Shown in pieces: positions 19,542 through 29,138 of a stretch of DNA of 64,000 nucleotides. A program made the position numbers and the translations under genes. The stretch lies in NCBI GenBank assembly GCA_045605805.1, contig JAZUQR010000027.1:99908-163907 (forward strand), given 5' to 3'. Positions within the stretch are counted from its first letter, which is position 1, and each line of letters begins with the position of its first letter. This DNA comes from Alphaproteobacteria bacterium (GTDB lineage Bacteria; Pseudomonadota; Alphaproteobacteria; CAAHEQ01; UBA3637). The notes beneath the pieces were generated by a model. The model did not search any database. It was not told the origin of the DNA and saw nothing but the letters and a program-made list of their open reading frames with translations.

Positions 19542-19632
19542 AAAGCCAAAATGGCGGATGGGAGAGGATTCGAACCTCCGTTAGGCTTTAGACCTAAACG
19601 CACTTTCCAGGCGCGCGCCTTCAACCACTCGG
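19542..19632 (-). tRNA. tRNA-Ser (anticodon GGA)
   Basis: The reverse complement folds as a cloverleaf. The acceptor stem is GGATGGG/CCCATCC, the D-arm GCCGAGTGGTTGAAGGC is Ser/Leu-type, the anticodon loop CTGGAAA gives anticodon GGA, and there is a long variable arm, a GGTTCGAATCC T-arm and an encoded CCA. Length is 91 nt. Confidence 0.85.
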
Positions 19633-19729
19633 CCACCCATCCACTTCAATGGAAAGTAAAGCAATTTTACCAAAAACAAAACAAAATGTCAAGAAAATAT
19701 ATCAATTCTCATTAAAACTTATTTGCTTA

Positions 19730-21073
19730 TCATACTTTTCTTGCCAAGAAATACCTATCTGTATCGGTGTTTTTAATATCTCGCCCACAATACCGTGCGC
19801 CTTCTTGGCATTTGCCACAAATAAAACAAGGAGGAGCCAACACCTTTAACAAAGTATCTGATTTTGGCAAACAGGCTAATACCTCTCTTAAAGCCACCGC
19901 CACATGATAGATTTCTTCTTGGGCACACCAACAAGAACGCTTGCCTTGCTCATGAATCAAAGCATTCAAATCAGCCATTTTTTGATAGCGCACCATCCCC
20001 CCATAAGGCGCAACAGCCTGAATCAAACCGGCCGGCACTTGGCCTTGAAAATCCAACCATTCCTGCATATACGCAAGCGCAATATCCGCCATACCGGCCT
20101 CTTGCAATAAAGGCGGCAAATAAAATGAATTGACAAACCAAGGGGTTGACCGTTTCACCGAACGATGCCGTTGATCTTGCCCATAGGTGGCACAAGAAAC
20201 TTGAACCTCTGTTTTGACAAAATGAACCGAGTTATTCATTGCCTGAGGATTAAAATACAAAGTATCCACACTGTCTTTACCGGCATCAGGATAAACTGAT
20301 TCATCCAAATCGGCCTCTAACAAATACACATCCGGCTTCTCCTCCACAACAGCCGTTCCTTCTTTAATCGGCAAATACCAATTTTGTTCCTGACGCATCA
20401 AAGGATTAAAAAAATCGGCCAATTCGGGATATTCTGCCACAACAGCATCCCGCATCATATCCACAATCAAGCGCATTTCACTGGTCCATGCGCTGCGCCA
20501 CAAAGCCGTTAAAGCCGACAAATTCAAGGTCATATCCAATGCCGTTGGCACAAGTTGAGAAATAAACATCCGTAGTTGTTCTTGAGCCAACTTGGGGGCA
20601 TTTATTTCTATATATTTATCATTCGCAAAAGGCCGTTCTGTCCGAATAGCCTTTTCGGCAAGCGGTATAATTTTTGGCAACCAGTCTTGATAAATCTGAA
20701 AACCTTTTTGAATCCAAGGCATTACCTTGTCAATATCCTCGTCACTGTAAAAAGGGGTTAAAAAGGAAGTCATTTTTTCAAAATCAGGTTCTTCATACAT
20801 TTTTGAAAAACGGCCCGACCGTTGATCAGAATTATAATAAGGGGCAGTCAAATGAAGCCCAAAGACCACGGCCGACACAGGAATGTCTTTCAAAGAAAAA
20901 GTAAAATGCGTATGTTGTAAAGTGGTATGATGGCCCGAATCAAACAAACGCCCCTTCACATCAATCGGCTTGTCAATCAAAACTGGGTCCAAAGTATAAC
21001 ACACCCGTGCAGCATGAGACGCCAAATCCAATGGTTTTTTGTCGGACTTTGCCAAAAGTTTAATCTGCATCAT
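19730..21073 (-). CDS. thyX: flavin-dependent thymidylate synthase ThyX, tandem (pseudo-dimeric) two-domain form
   Basis: The N-terminal half aligns to ThyX (LLAKSD..AARVCY, SGHHTTLQHTHFTF), but the RHR motif is replaced by LHL. The C-terminal half is a second ThyX-like unit that retains RHR (QDQRHRSVKRS) and the flavin-region motif (CAQEEIYHVAVALREVL). Total length is 447 aa. Confidence 0.6.
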   Translation of the reverse strand: MMQIKLLAKSDKKPLDLASHAARVCYTLDPVLIDKPIDVKGRLFDSGHHTTLQHTHFTFSLKDIPVSAVVFGLHLTAPYYNSDQRSGRFSKMYEEPDFEKMTSFLTPFYSDEDIDKVMPWIQKGFQIYQDWLPKIIPLAEKAIRTERPFANDKYIEINAPKLAQEQLRMFISQLVPTALDMTLNLSALTALWRSAWTSEMRLIVDMMRDAVVAEYPELADFFNPLMRQEQNWYLPIKEGTAVVEEKPDVYLLEADLDESVYPDAGKDSVDTLYFNPQAMNNSVHFVKTEVQVSCATYGQDQRHRSVKRSTPWFVNSFYLPPLLQEAGMADIALAYMQEWLDFQGQVPAGLIQAVAPYGGMVRYQKMADLNALIHEQGKRSCWCAQEEIYHVAVALREVLACLPKSDTLLKVLAPPCFICGKCQEGARYCGRDIKNTDTDRYFLARKV

Positions 21074-21126
21074 TTTCTCCTTTTGTTTTCTTTAAGCATA
21101 CAAAAACACAAAGAAGATAGCAACAC

Positions 21127-22950
21127 TTATTTTAACAAAAGGGCCATCAATTTTTCCGTCCACAAAGCCGGATCTTTAATCGGTTCCCCCTCAATCACAA
21201 GGGTTTGATTAAACAACACAAGGATATAATCTGTTGGATCCTCCATCTGGGCCATCTTGGCAATCACAGGATGATGTGGATTCAATTGTAAAATCCGATC
21301 CGAAGCAAACACAGTCTGTTGGCCATGCGCCCGCATCAAGCGTTCCATATTCAAAGTCATCTGTCCCGCCCCCGTCACCAAAGCCATCGGGCTTTTTGTT
21401 AAGCGGTCGGTCACTTGAATATCCTTCACTTGATCCCCTAAAACAGCCTTCATTTTTTCAATTAAAGCATCCATCTGGGGTTGTGGCACAGCCTCTGTGG
21501 ATAAATCCACCTTTTGAATCTTGTCCAATTCATCCCCTGCCTGTTGAACCGACACAAACTTCTTTCCCTGATACTCAGGATAGGTATTTGTCCAAAACTC
21601 GTCAATCGGATCTGTCAATAATAACACCTCAATACCCCGAGCCATAAAGCCTTCTAATTGAGGATTTTGACGCAAAGTCGCCAAATCAGAACCAGTTAAA
21701 TAATAAATAGAGTCTTGTCCGTTTTTCATCCGACCCACATAATCGGCAAGCGAAACAACCCCCTCTCCTTGGGTGGAATAAAACCGACACAGTTCGGCCA
21801 CTTCATCTCGTTGAGCAGAAGGTTCATATAACCCCTCTTTCAACACAATACCAAAAGCATCCCAAAACACTTGATATTCTTGTGGATTTTCTGCCCGTTT
21901 TTTCAAAGCATTCAAAATCTTTGTAGAAAGGCCTTGCTTGATTTTGGCCATCACAGGGGTTTGTTGCAACATCTCCCGACTAACATTCAAGGGCAAATCT
22001 TTGGTATCAATCACCCCCGTCACAAAGCGCAACCAATAGGGCAACAATTCCGGCACATCTGATGAAATAAACACTTTATTCACATACAAACTTAAACCCG
22101 ATGGCCGATCTGGTTGAAACAAATTGACCGGAGGTTTTGTCGGTACAAAAACCAAAGCGGTATAATCAATCACACCCTCGGCATGGAAATGAAGCGTTTC
22201 CCAAGGCGTATCCAGCGCATGAGCCACGGTCTGATAAAAATCCTTATACTGCGTTTCTGTAATTTCAGATTTAGAACGCATCCACAAAGCCGAACCGGCA
22301 TTCACCACATCTTCTTTGCCTTCGTTGCACAACGCAATGGGTACATTCACAAAATCGCTGTATTGTTTAATCAATTGACGCACCCGAAATGGGTCAAGGT
22401 ATTCTTCTGCATCTTCCCTTAAAAATAAAGTCACTCGTGTGCCTTGGGATACATCCGCTGCCTCACTTACCTCAAACGAACCGGCCCCATCACTTTCCCA
22501 AAGCCATCCTTGCGTTTCACCGGCTTTTCTGGAATAAACCTGAACCTTACTGGCCACCATAAAGCTGGCATAAAAGCCAACACCAAATTGGCCAATCAAA
22601 GCCATATCTTTTTGTTTATCCCCCGAAAGAGCTTGAACAAACTCGCTGGAACCGGAACGGGCAATTGTTCCCAGATGATTGATTAAATCTTCCCGATTCA
22701 TCCCAATGCCATTATCTGCCACTGTCAAAGTTTTCAATGTTTTGTTCAACTCCACCCGAATCTTAAACGGTTCAGGCTTTGCCAAGTCTGGATGCAACAT
22801 CTGCTCATAGCGCAACTTGTCACACGCATCAGAGGCGTTGGAAATCAATTCCCGCAAAAAAATCTCTTTGTTGGAATATAGACTGTGAATAACAATATCC
22901 AACACCTTTGCCACTTCGGCCTTAAATTCAATTTTCTGTGTATCTGTCAT
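21127..22950 (-). CDS. htpG: molecular chaperone HtpG (Hsp90)
   Basis: The sequence MTDTQKIEFKAEVAKVLDIVIHSLYSNKEIFLRELISNASDACDKLRY is the GHKL ATPase N-terminus. The start at 22950 has a GGAG ribosome-binding site 7 nt upstream. The ORF track's extension to 23184 has no ribosome-binding site. Confidence 0.9.
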   Translation of the reverse strand: MTDTQKIEFKAEVAKVLDIVIHSLYSNKEIFLRELISNASDACDKLRYEQMLHPDLAKPEPFKIRVELNKTLKTLTVADNGIGMNREDLINHLGTIARSGSSEFVQALSGDKQKDMALIGQFGVGFYASFMVASKVQVYSRKAGETQGWLWESDGAGSFEVSEAADVSQGTRVTLFLREDAEEYLDPFRVRQLIKQYSDFVNVPIALCNEGKEDVVNAGSALWMRSKSEITETQYKDFYQTVAHALDTPWETLHFHAEGVIDYTALVFVPTKPPVNLFQPDRPSGLSLYVNKVFISSDVPELLPYWLRFVTGVIDTKDLPLNVSREMLQQTPVMAKIKQGLSTKILNALKKRAENPQEYQVFWDAFGIVLKEGLYEPSAQRDEVAELCRFYSTQGEGVVSLADYVGRMKNGQDSIYYLTGSDLATLRQNPQLEGFMARGIEVLLLTDPIDEFWTNTYPEYQGKKFVSVQQAGDELDKIQKVDLSTEAVPQPQMDALIEKMKAVLGDQVKDIQVTDRLTKSPMALVTGAGQMTLNMERLMRAHGQQTVFASDRILQLNPHHPVIAKMAQMEDPTDYILVLFNQTLVIEGEPIKDPALWTEKLMALLLK

Positions 22951-23175
22951 GTTGTTCTCCTTCTTTTGCATAAGAATATAGTCACTCTTTTGATAAAACG
23001 CAAGACACCCCCATTTTTTTAAGGACTCCTCTCTTGTAATTATTTGACAAAACAGCCATGCGCACAATTTGCGAATAATAAAAAGCCAAAAACATTTTGA
23101 AAAAACAACTTTTTCCTTGCAAAAAACACAAAAAAAAGCTATAATATATCCCACTGTTTTGCGAAAGGAATTAAA

Positions 23176-23688
23176 ATGGCTCAAAATTCAACAAAAACAT
23201 CCGATAAAATATTACAAGAAATTTTTCAACCTGCCTCTTATGTCAATGGTTGTTTTGTACAACAACCTGCTTTTGAAAAAGCAACACAAACACCTGATTC
23301 AACCATTAATACAATCAAATTTATGAAACAACACATTTCGGGCAAAGAGTTTGAAATTCACCGCAACAACTATCTTCGTGGTTCTTTATACGCAATTCAA
23401 AAACATCAATTTGATGCAAAACACACTGATTTTTTGGCTGACACAGTAAATTGGTTTATCCAAAAAAAACCAAGTCCTCACTCACAAACATACCATACAT
23501 TGTTAAAACTTTTAATAGAACAAATCAACCAAAAAGTTAAGATACCCCAAGAAAAACAACAACAATGGACAAACGCTTTAACACGCAAATCCCCGATTTG
23601 CATTCCAAATGATATTGGTTTAATTCCCGAAAATGCCGTTGAACCATCATTTACATTTGTAAAACATTTTTCAAAAAGATCAAGATAA
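23176..23688 (+). CDS. hypothetical protein (170 aa)
   Basis: The ORF lies between the divergent htpG promoter region and mipZ. It has an AAGGAA ribosome-binding site and no recognisable domain. Confidence 0.35.
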   Translation: MAQNSTKTSDKILQEIFQPASYVNGCFVQQPAFEKATQTPDSTINTIKFMKQHISGKEFEIHRNNYLRGSLYAIQKHQFDAKHTDFLADTVNWFIQKKPSPHSQTYHTLLKLLIEQINQKVKIPQEKQQQWTNALTRKSPICIPNDIGLIPENAVEPSFTFVKHFSKRSR

Positions 23689-23698
23689 AGGATATCCT

Positions 23699-24502
23699 AT
23701 GACAGCAAAAATCATCGTTTTTGCCAACGAAAAAGGCGGAACAGGAAAATCTACTCTGGCCATGCACACCATTGTGGCGTTGTTGCGTGCCGGTAAAAAA
23801 GTGGCTTCTTTTGATTTAGACCCAAACCAACAAAGTTTAACCAGATACATTGAAAACCGAAAAACTTTTGTTATGGAAAAAGGTGTCTCATTGGCCTTAC
23901 CGGAACACATTTGTTGGACACCGGATGTGGCCCAGATTTACACATTAAGAAGCAAATTGGATAAGTTATCCAATGAAGTGGATGCCATAGTCATTGACAC
24001 CCCAGGGGCACACACAGAACTTGGCACACAAGCCATGGCTTTGGCAGATGTTTTAATCACCCCCATGAACGACAGTTTGGTTGATTTAGATATTTTGGCG
24101 TTGGTAGATGGAGAAACATTAAAAATCACCGGCCCAAGCCATTTTGCCCAAACAGTATGGGAAACACGTCAACAACGCATGTTGGAACATAAACCATCCC
24201 TAAAATGGTTGGTTGTACGCAACCGAATGTTGTTTAACAAATCCAAAAACTCACAAACCATGTCCATTTTGTTAAATGCTTTGGCAAGACGCATCCATTT
24301 TGAATTGGTGGGGGTTATTTCGGAACGGGTTGTCTTTCGTGAATTATTCCTAAAAGGGCTAACCATGTTGGACTTTAAGGAAAACAACATTCGCATACCA
24401 ACAACCGTTTCTTCAAAATCGGCCCGTCAAGAACTTTGCACACTTGTGGATAAAATTTGGGGTGACCCCTTGTTTTGTGACTCTGTTTCTGCTATAGAAT
24501 AA
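23699..24502 (+). CDS. mipZ: ParA-like ATPase MipZ (division-plane positioning, FtsZ inhibitor)
   Basis: The deviant Walker A motif FANEKGGTGKSTLAMH (GKST, as in MipZ rather than ParA's GKTT) and a 267-aa length fit MipZ. Sequence DLDPNQQSLTRYIENR parallels the MipZ consensus. Confidence 0.7.
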   Translation: MTAKIIVFANEKGGTGKSTLAMHTIVALLRAGKKVASFDLDPNQQSLTRYIENRKTFVMEKGVSLALPEHICWTPDVAQIYTLRSKLDKLSNEVDAIVIDTPGAHTELGTQAMALADVLITPMNDSLVDLDILALVDGETLKITGPSHFAQTVWETRQQRMLEHKPSLKWLVVRNRMLFNKSKNSQTMSILLNALARRIHFELVGVISERVVFRELFLKGLTMLDFKENNIRIPTTVSSKSARQELCTLVDKIWGDPLFCDSVSAIE

Positions 24503-24530
24503 GGAGTGAAACACAAACAAAAGGAACCAC

Positions 24531-26153
24531 ATGGATATTACTGCCGTCAAAACACAAGCCTATCAAGATCAAACTTTTGGCACTGCTGGACTCAGACGAC
24601 GGGTAAGTGTTTTTATGCAAAAAAACTATATTCACAATGTGGTTCAATCCATTTTTGACAGTTTAGAAGGTTTTGAAGGCAAAACCCTTGTTTTGGGTGG
24701 GGATGGTAGATATTTCAATGACAAAGCCATCCAAATTGTTATAAAAATCGCCACAGCAAACGGCTTTGGTCGCATTCTTGTTGGCAAGAACGGATGGTTT
24801 TCCACACCGGCTCTGTCTCATTTAATTACACTTAAAGAAGCCTTTATGGGCATCATTTTAACCGCCAGTCATAACCCAGGGGGAAAAGAGGGTGACTTTG
24901 GCATCAAGTTTAATTTGAAAAATGGCGCACCAGCCCCCATTCACATCACAAAAAAAGTGACAGAACGAACCAAAACAATCAACCGCTATTGGTGGATAAA
25001 CACACCGGATATTGAATTAAATAACACCGGCACACATCAAATCGGCAACACAGTAGTTGAAGTGATTGACCCCCTTGAAGATTACACAAACTATATGAAA
25101 ACCATTTTTGACTTTCAGGCAATCCGTCATCTGTTCAAAAGCGGTTTTTCGTTTGAATTTAACGCCATGAACGGCATCACAGGGCCATATGCAAAACACA
25201 TTTTTGAAACAGAATTAGGGGCAAAAGAAGGAACTGTTGTAAATGGGACACCTTTGCCCGATTTTGGGGGATTACATCCCGAACCGAATCTGACTCACGC
25301 AAAAGAATTGGTAAATAAAATGAACCAAGACGATGCTCCCGATTTTGGGGCAGCCTCTGATGGGGACGGTGACCGCAATATGATATTCGGTAAAAAGTTT
25401 TTTGTGGATCCGGCCGACAGCTTAGCCTTTTTGGCCGAACATTTGAATAAAATACCTTTTTATCAAAACAACTTTTATGGTGTGGCCCGTTCTGCCCCCA
25501 CCTCCAAAGCAGTGGACTTGGTCGCAAAACGCAAAAACCTGCCCCTATATATCACACCAACCGGATGGAAGTTTTTTGCCAACTTGCTGGAAAACAAACG
25601 CATCAGCCTGTGTGGCGAAGAAAGTTTTGGTACCGGTTCATCTCATGTGATGGAAAAAGATGGCTTGTGGGCCATTTTGGCATGGCTAAACATTATGGCA
25701 ATCACAAAAAAAAGCCCCGAACAACTGATGACCGAGTTATGGCAAAAAGATGGACGTGTCTATTGTATGCGACACAGCTATGAAAACATCAACAAAGAAG
25801 AGGCAGTCCATCTGATGGATTCATTGGCTGCCCGCATTCCTGTTTTGAAAGGACAAACTTTTGGTTGCTTTACCATAGAATCAGCCCAAATTTTTAACTA
25901 TACCGACCCTGTCACCCAAGAACGAGAAAGCAATCAAGGCATCATCATCCACCTGTCACAACAGGCCTCTATCATGGTGCGTTTATCTGGCACAGGAACA
26001 GTGGGGGCAACGCTTCGGATTTATTTTGAACGGCACGAAACAAAAATAACAGAAAAACCCGAAGAAGTTTTGGCACCTGTTATTTTAGCTGCCACAACTA
26101 TTTTACAGATTCAAAAATATATCAAAATGGATACCCCTACAACCATTACATAA
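24531..26153 (+). CDS. pgm: phosphoglucomutase (alpha-D-glucose phosphate-specific)
   Basis: The sequence TAGLRRRV and the active-site Ser loop TASHNPGG are present. The 540-aa length is typical of Pgm. Confidence 0.9.
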   Translation: MDITAVKTQAYQDQTFGTAGLRRRVSVFMQKNYIHNVVQSIFDSLEGFEGKTLVLGGDGRYFNDKAIQIVIKIATANGFGRILVGKNGWFSTPALSHLITLKEAFMGIILTASHNPGGKEGDFGIKFNLKNGAPAPIHITKKVTERTKTINRYWWINTPDIELNNTGTHQIGNTVVEVIDPLEDYTNYMKTIFDFQAIRHLFKSGFSFEFNAMNGITGPYAKHIFETELGAKEGTVVNGTPLPDFGGLHPEPNLTHAKELVNKMNQDDAPDFGAASDGDGDRNMIFGKKFFVDPADSLAFLAEHLNKIPFYQNNFYGVARSAPTSKAVDLVAKRKNLPLYITPTGWKFFANLLENKRISLCGEESFGTGSSHVMEKDGLWAILAWLNIMAITKKSPEQLMTELWQKDGRVYCMRHSYENINKEEAVHLMDSLAARIPVLKGQTFGCFTIESAQIFNYTDPVTQERESNQGIIIHLSQQASIMVRLSGTGTVGATLRIYFERHETKITEKPEEVLAPVILAATTILQIQKYIKMDTPTTIT

Positions 26154-26217
26154 AAGTTTTGTTTGCAATTTACAATTTTTATCGTTAAAATAACTCTATC
26201 ATAAGGAGTGATAAAAA

Positions 26218-27006
26218 GTGACCGAAAAATTTTTGTCTTTTATCAATGCATTGGGCCGCATGGTAATCCATTTTTTCAAAGCCAGTGGTGATTTAGTTTT
26301 GTTCACAACAAACATCGTTCTGAACACATTCAAACAACCGTTTTACCTTTCCGAAACAATCCGAATGTGCCGTGAAATTGGATTTTATTCTTTGCCCGTT
26401 GTGGCTTTGACAACAATTTTTTCAGGCATGGTCATTGCCATCCAAACCTATGAGGCTGTGTCAAAGTTTTCGGCCGAAGGGGCGGTATCTATGGTTGTTT
26501 TGGTGGCCGTGACACGAGAATTAGCACCGGTTTTGGCTGCCTTAATGGTTGCCGGCCGTATTGGAGCCGCCATTGCTGCCGAAATTGGCACCATGCGTGT
26601 CACAGAACAAATAGATGCTCTTTCCACTTTACGCACAAATCCAGTTCAATATTTGATTGTCCCACGGGTTGTAGCGGCCACATTGATGATGCCTTTGTTG
26701 GTTTTAATCGGGGATATTATCGGGGTGTGTGGTGGCTATCTGGTTGGGGTATCCAAAATGGGCTTTAACGCCACCACTTATTTGGTGAACACATGGAACA
26801 CCCTTCAAGCAATGGACATCATTTCCGGCATGACGAAAGCCGCTGTATTTGGCTTTATCATAAGTATTTTAGGCTGTTATCACGGTTTCAAATCACAAGG
26901 GGGCGCACAAGGCGTTGGACAAGCCACCACAAATGCCGTTGTCTCATCCAGCATTTTAATTTTAATTTTCAACTATCTTTTAACCGAGCTGTTTTTCAAA
27001 CTGTAA
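26218..27006 (+). CDS. mlaE: phospholipid ABC transporter permease MlaE
   Basis: The ORF has a GTG start with a TAAGGAG ribosome-binding site. The permease has the characteristic MlaE/YrbE topology, and the C-terminus LTELFFKL is typical. Confidence 0.85.
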   Translation: MTEKFLSFINALGRMVIHFFKASGDLVLFTTNIVLNTFKQPFYLSETIRMCREIGFYSLPVVALTTIFSGMVIAIQTYEAVSKFSAEGAVSMVVLVAVTRELAPVLAALMVAGRIGAAIAAEIGTMRVTEQIDALSTLRTNPVQYLIVPRVVAATLMMPLLVLIGDIIGVCGGYLVGVSKMGFNATTYLVNTWNTLQAMDIISGMTKAAVFGFIISILGCYHGFKSQGGAQGVGQATTNAVVSSSILILIFNYLLTELFFKL

Positions 27007-27015
27007 GGGGGAGTA

Positions 27016-27753
27016 ATGAAAAATAAAAAAGTACAAATCAGCTTATCCCATGTTGCCAAAAGTTTTGGCAAAAAACAGGTTTTGAAAAATGTCACTTTGG
27101 ATATTTATGAAGGCGAATCCGTTGTCATTATTGGTGGCTCTGGCACAGGCAAATCCGTCACCTTAAAATGTTTATTGGGTCTGATAACACCCGACAAAGG
27201 CAAATGCAAAATGGCCTCACAAAAGGTGGGTATGCTGTTTCAAGGGGCCGCTTTATTTGACAGTTTAAGCGTTTGGGAAAATGTTGCATTCGTTATGTTG
27301 CAACAAAAAAATGCTGATAAAAAAGCCGCCAAAAAATTGGCCATCCAAAAGCTGGCACAGGTTGGGCTTACCCCCGAAGTGGCCGACTTTTATCCCGCCG
27401 ACGTGTCTGGTGGTATGAAAAAACGAGTGGGCTTAGCCCGAGCCATCGCAACAAATCCCGATATTATTTTCTTTGACGAACCCACCACAGGGCTGGATCC
27501 GATTATGTCCGATGTTATCAACGATTTAATTGTGGATTGCGTTAAAAAATTAGGGGCAACAGCCCTAACCATCACACACGATATGAACTCTGCCCGCAAA
27601 ATTGCCGACAGAATCGCCATGCTTTATAACGGAAAAATTATTTGGGTTGGCACCGTTCAAGAGCTGGACAAAACAACCAATCCGTATGTGCGTCAATTTG
27701 TGGCCGGCTCGGCCAAAGGGCCCATTAAAATGGAAATTAAAGAGGGCTTATAA
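27016..27753 (+). CDS. mlaF: phospholipid ABC transporter ATP-binding protein MlaF
   Basis: Walker A (GGSGTGKSV), the ABC signature (VSGGMKKRVGLARA) and Walker B (IIFFDEPTTGLD) are present. Confidence 0.85.
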   Translation: MKNKKVQISLSHVAKSFGKKQVLKNVTLDIYEGESVVIIGGSGTGKSVTLKCLLGLITPDKGKCKMASQKVGMLFQGAALFDSLSVWENVAFVMLQQKNADKKAAKKLAIQKLAQVGLTPEVADFYPADVSGGMKKRVGLARAIATNPDIIFFDEPTTGLDPIMSDVINDLIVDCVKKLGATALTITHDMNSARKIADRIAMLYNGKIIWVGTVQELDKTTNPYVRQFVAGSAKGPIKMEIKEGL

Positions 27754-29138
27754 TGGCAAAAAAAACATCCCGTTTTGTCTGTCAAAATTGTGGCACAATC
27801 CACACCCGTTGGGCGGGAAAATGTGATGCATGCGGCGAATGGAATACCATTCAGGAAGAAGCCCTTCCCCAATCCGACAGCCCAACCGCCACAGGCGGAC
27901 AAAATGGCCGACAAATTCAGTTTTCTGATTTACGAGGTGCCCCCGAAATTGTATTCAGATTAAAAACAGGCATTGCCGAGTTGGATCGTGTCTGTGGAGG
28001 CGGCCTTGTCCCCGGCTCGGTGATTCTTGTGGGCGGTGACCCCGGCATCGGTAAATCCACCCTATTATTACAAGCAGTGGCCTCTCTTACAAAAGGGGTC
28101 AATAAACAAGGCTCACCCACAAAATGCACCTACATTTCAGGCGAAGAATCGGTAGATCAAGTACGCCTTCGGGCCATGCGATTGGGCTTGGCCGACAATC
28201 CTGTCAATTTGGCAAGCGAAACACATATCCGAGATATCATAGCCACTTTGGACACCCCTGATTCACCCGATATCGTGATTATAGATTCCATCCAAACGAT
28301 GTATGCCGATACAGTGGAATCCGCCCCTGGAACAGTGGCCCAAGTGCGTGCCTGCGGTCATGAATTGATTCGGTTGGCCAAAAAGCGTGGTTTTGTTTTG
28401 TTCTTGGTGGGTCATGTCACAAAAGAAGGCACTTTGGCCGGCCCCCGTGTTTTGGAACATATGGTAGATACGGTTTTATATTTTGAAGGCGACAGAGGTC
28501 ATCATTTTAGGATATTGCGTTCTGTAAAAAACCGTTTTGGGGCCACCGATGAAATTGGGGTTTTTGAAATGACAGATAAAGGGCTAAGCGAAGTGGCCAA
28601 CCCATCAGCCCTGTTTTTGGCCGATCGTCAAGGCCATGTGTCTGGCAGTTGCGTTTTTGCAGGGATAGAAGGCTCTCGGCCATTGTTGGTAGAAATCCAA
28701 GCATTGGTTGCACCGGCAAGTGGTACAACCCCTCGTCGTTCCGTTGTGGGTTGGGATACCAATCGGTTAAATATGCTTTTGGCCGTACTGGAAACCCGCT
28801 GTGGCATTTCACTTGGGTCAAAAGACATTTTCTTAAACATTGCCGGAGGATTAAAACTAAACGAACCGGCTGTGGATTTGGCCGCCATTATGGCCATTCT
28901 ATCCAATGCTTTTAATCATCCGTTGCCTTCGGATATGGTTTTTTTTGGTGAGGTTGGTTTATCGGGAGAAATCAGAAATGTCCCTCTGTGTGATTTACGC
29001 TTAAAAGAAGCCCAAAAATTGGGTTTTTCAAAGGCATTGATTCCAAAAAATAAAAACAAAAAATCAGATTTCAAAGCCACCGAAATCGGCAACTTAAAAA
29101 CAGTTTTAGATTTTTTTGAAAAAAGGAGAAGTGAATGA
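27753..29138 (+). CDS. radA: DNA repair protein RadA/Sms
   Basis: The protein has an N-terminal zinc finger (CQNCGTIHTRWAGKCDACGEW), a RecA-like ATPase (GGDPGIGKSTLLLQ), the KNRFG motif and a Lon-like C-domain. Confidence 0.95.
   Translation: MAKKTSRFVCQNCGTIHTRWAGKCDACGEWNTIQEEALPQSDSPTATGGQNGRQIQFSDLRGAPEIVFRLKTGIAELDRVCGGGLVPGSVILVGGDPGIGKSTLLLQAVASLTKGVNKQGSPTKCTYISGEESVDQVRLRAMRLGLADNPVNLASETHIRDIIATLDTPDSPDIVIIDSIQTMYADTVESAPGTVAQVRACGHELIRLAKKRGFVLFLVGHVTKEGTLAGPRVLEHMVDTVLYFEGDRGHHFRILRSVKNRFGATDEIGVFEMTDKGLSEVANPSALFLADRQGHVSGSCVFAGIEGSRPLLVEIQALVAPASGTTPRRSVVGWDTNRLNMLLAVLETRCGISLGSKDIFLNIAGGLKLNEPAVDLAAIMAILSNAFNHPLPSDMVFFGEVGLSGEIRNVPLCDLRLKEAQKLGFSKALIPKNKNKKSDFKATEIGNLKTVLDFFEKRRSE

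Noticed and set aside
21234-21647. A 137-aa proline/serine-rich ORF on the + strand.
   Set aside because: It lies entirely antisense to the conserved htpG coding sequence. It is a shadow ORF typical of the opposite strand of a gene, has no ribosome-binding site, and has low complexity.
22951-23060. A possible sigma-32 (RpoH) promoter upstream of htpG (CTTGCG...CTATAT on the minus strand).
   Set aside because: The spacing (~16-17 nt) and the -10 element do not fit the CTTGAAA-N13-15-CCCCATNT consensus well enough to call it.
22951-23184. The N-terminal extension of htpG to 23184 in the ORF track.
   Set aside because: No stop codon intervenes, but the conserved HtpG N-terminus begins at the ATG at 22950, which has a GGAG ribosome-binding site. 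The extension is hydrophobic junk with no ribosome-binding site.
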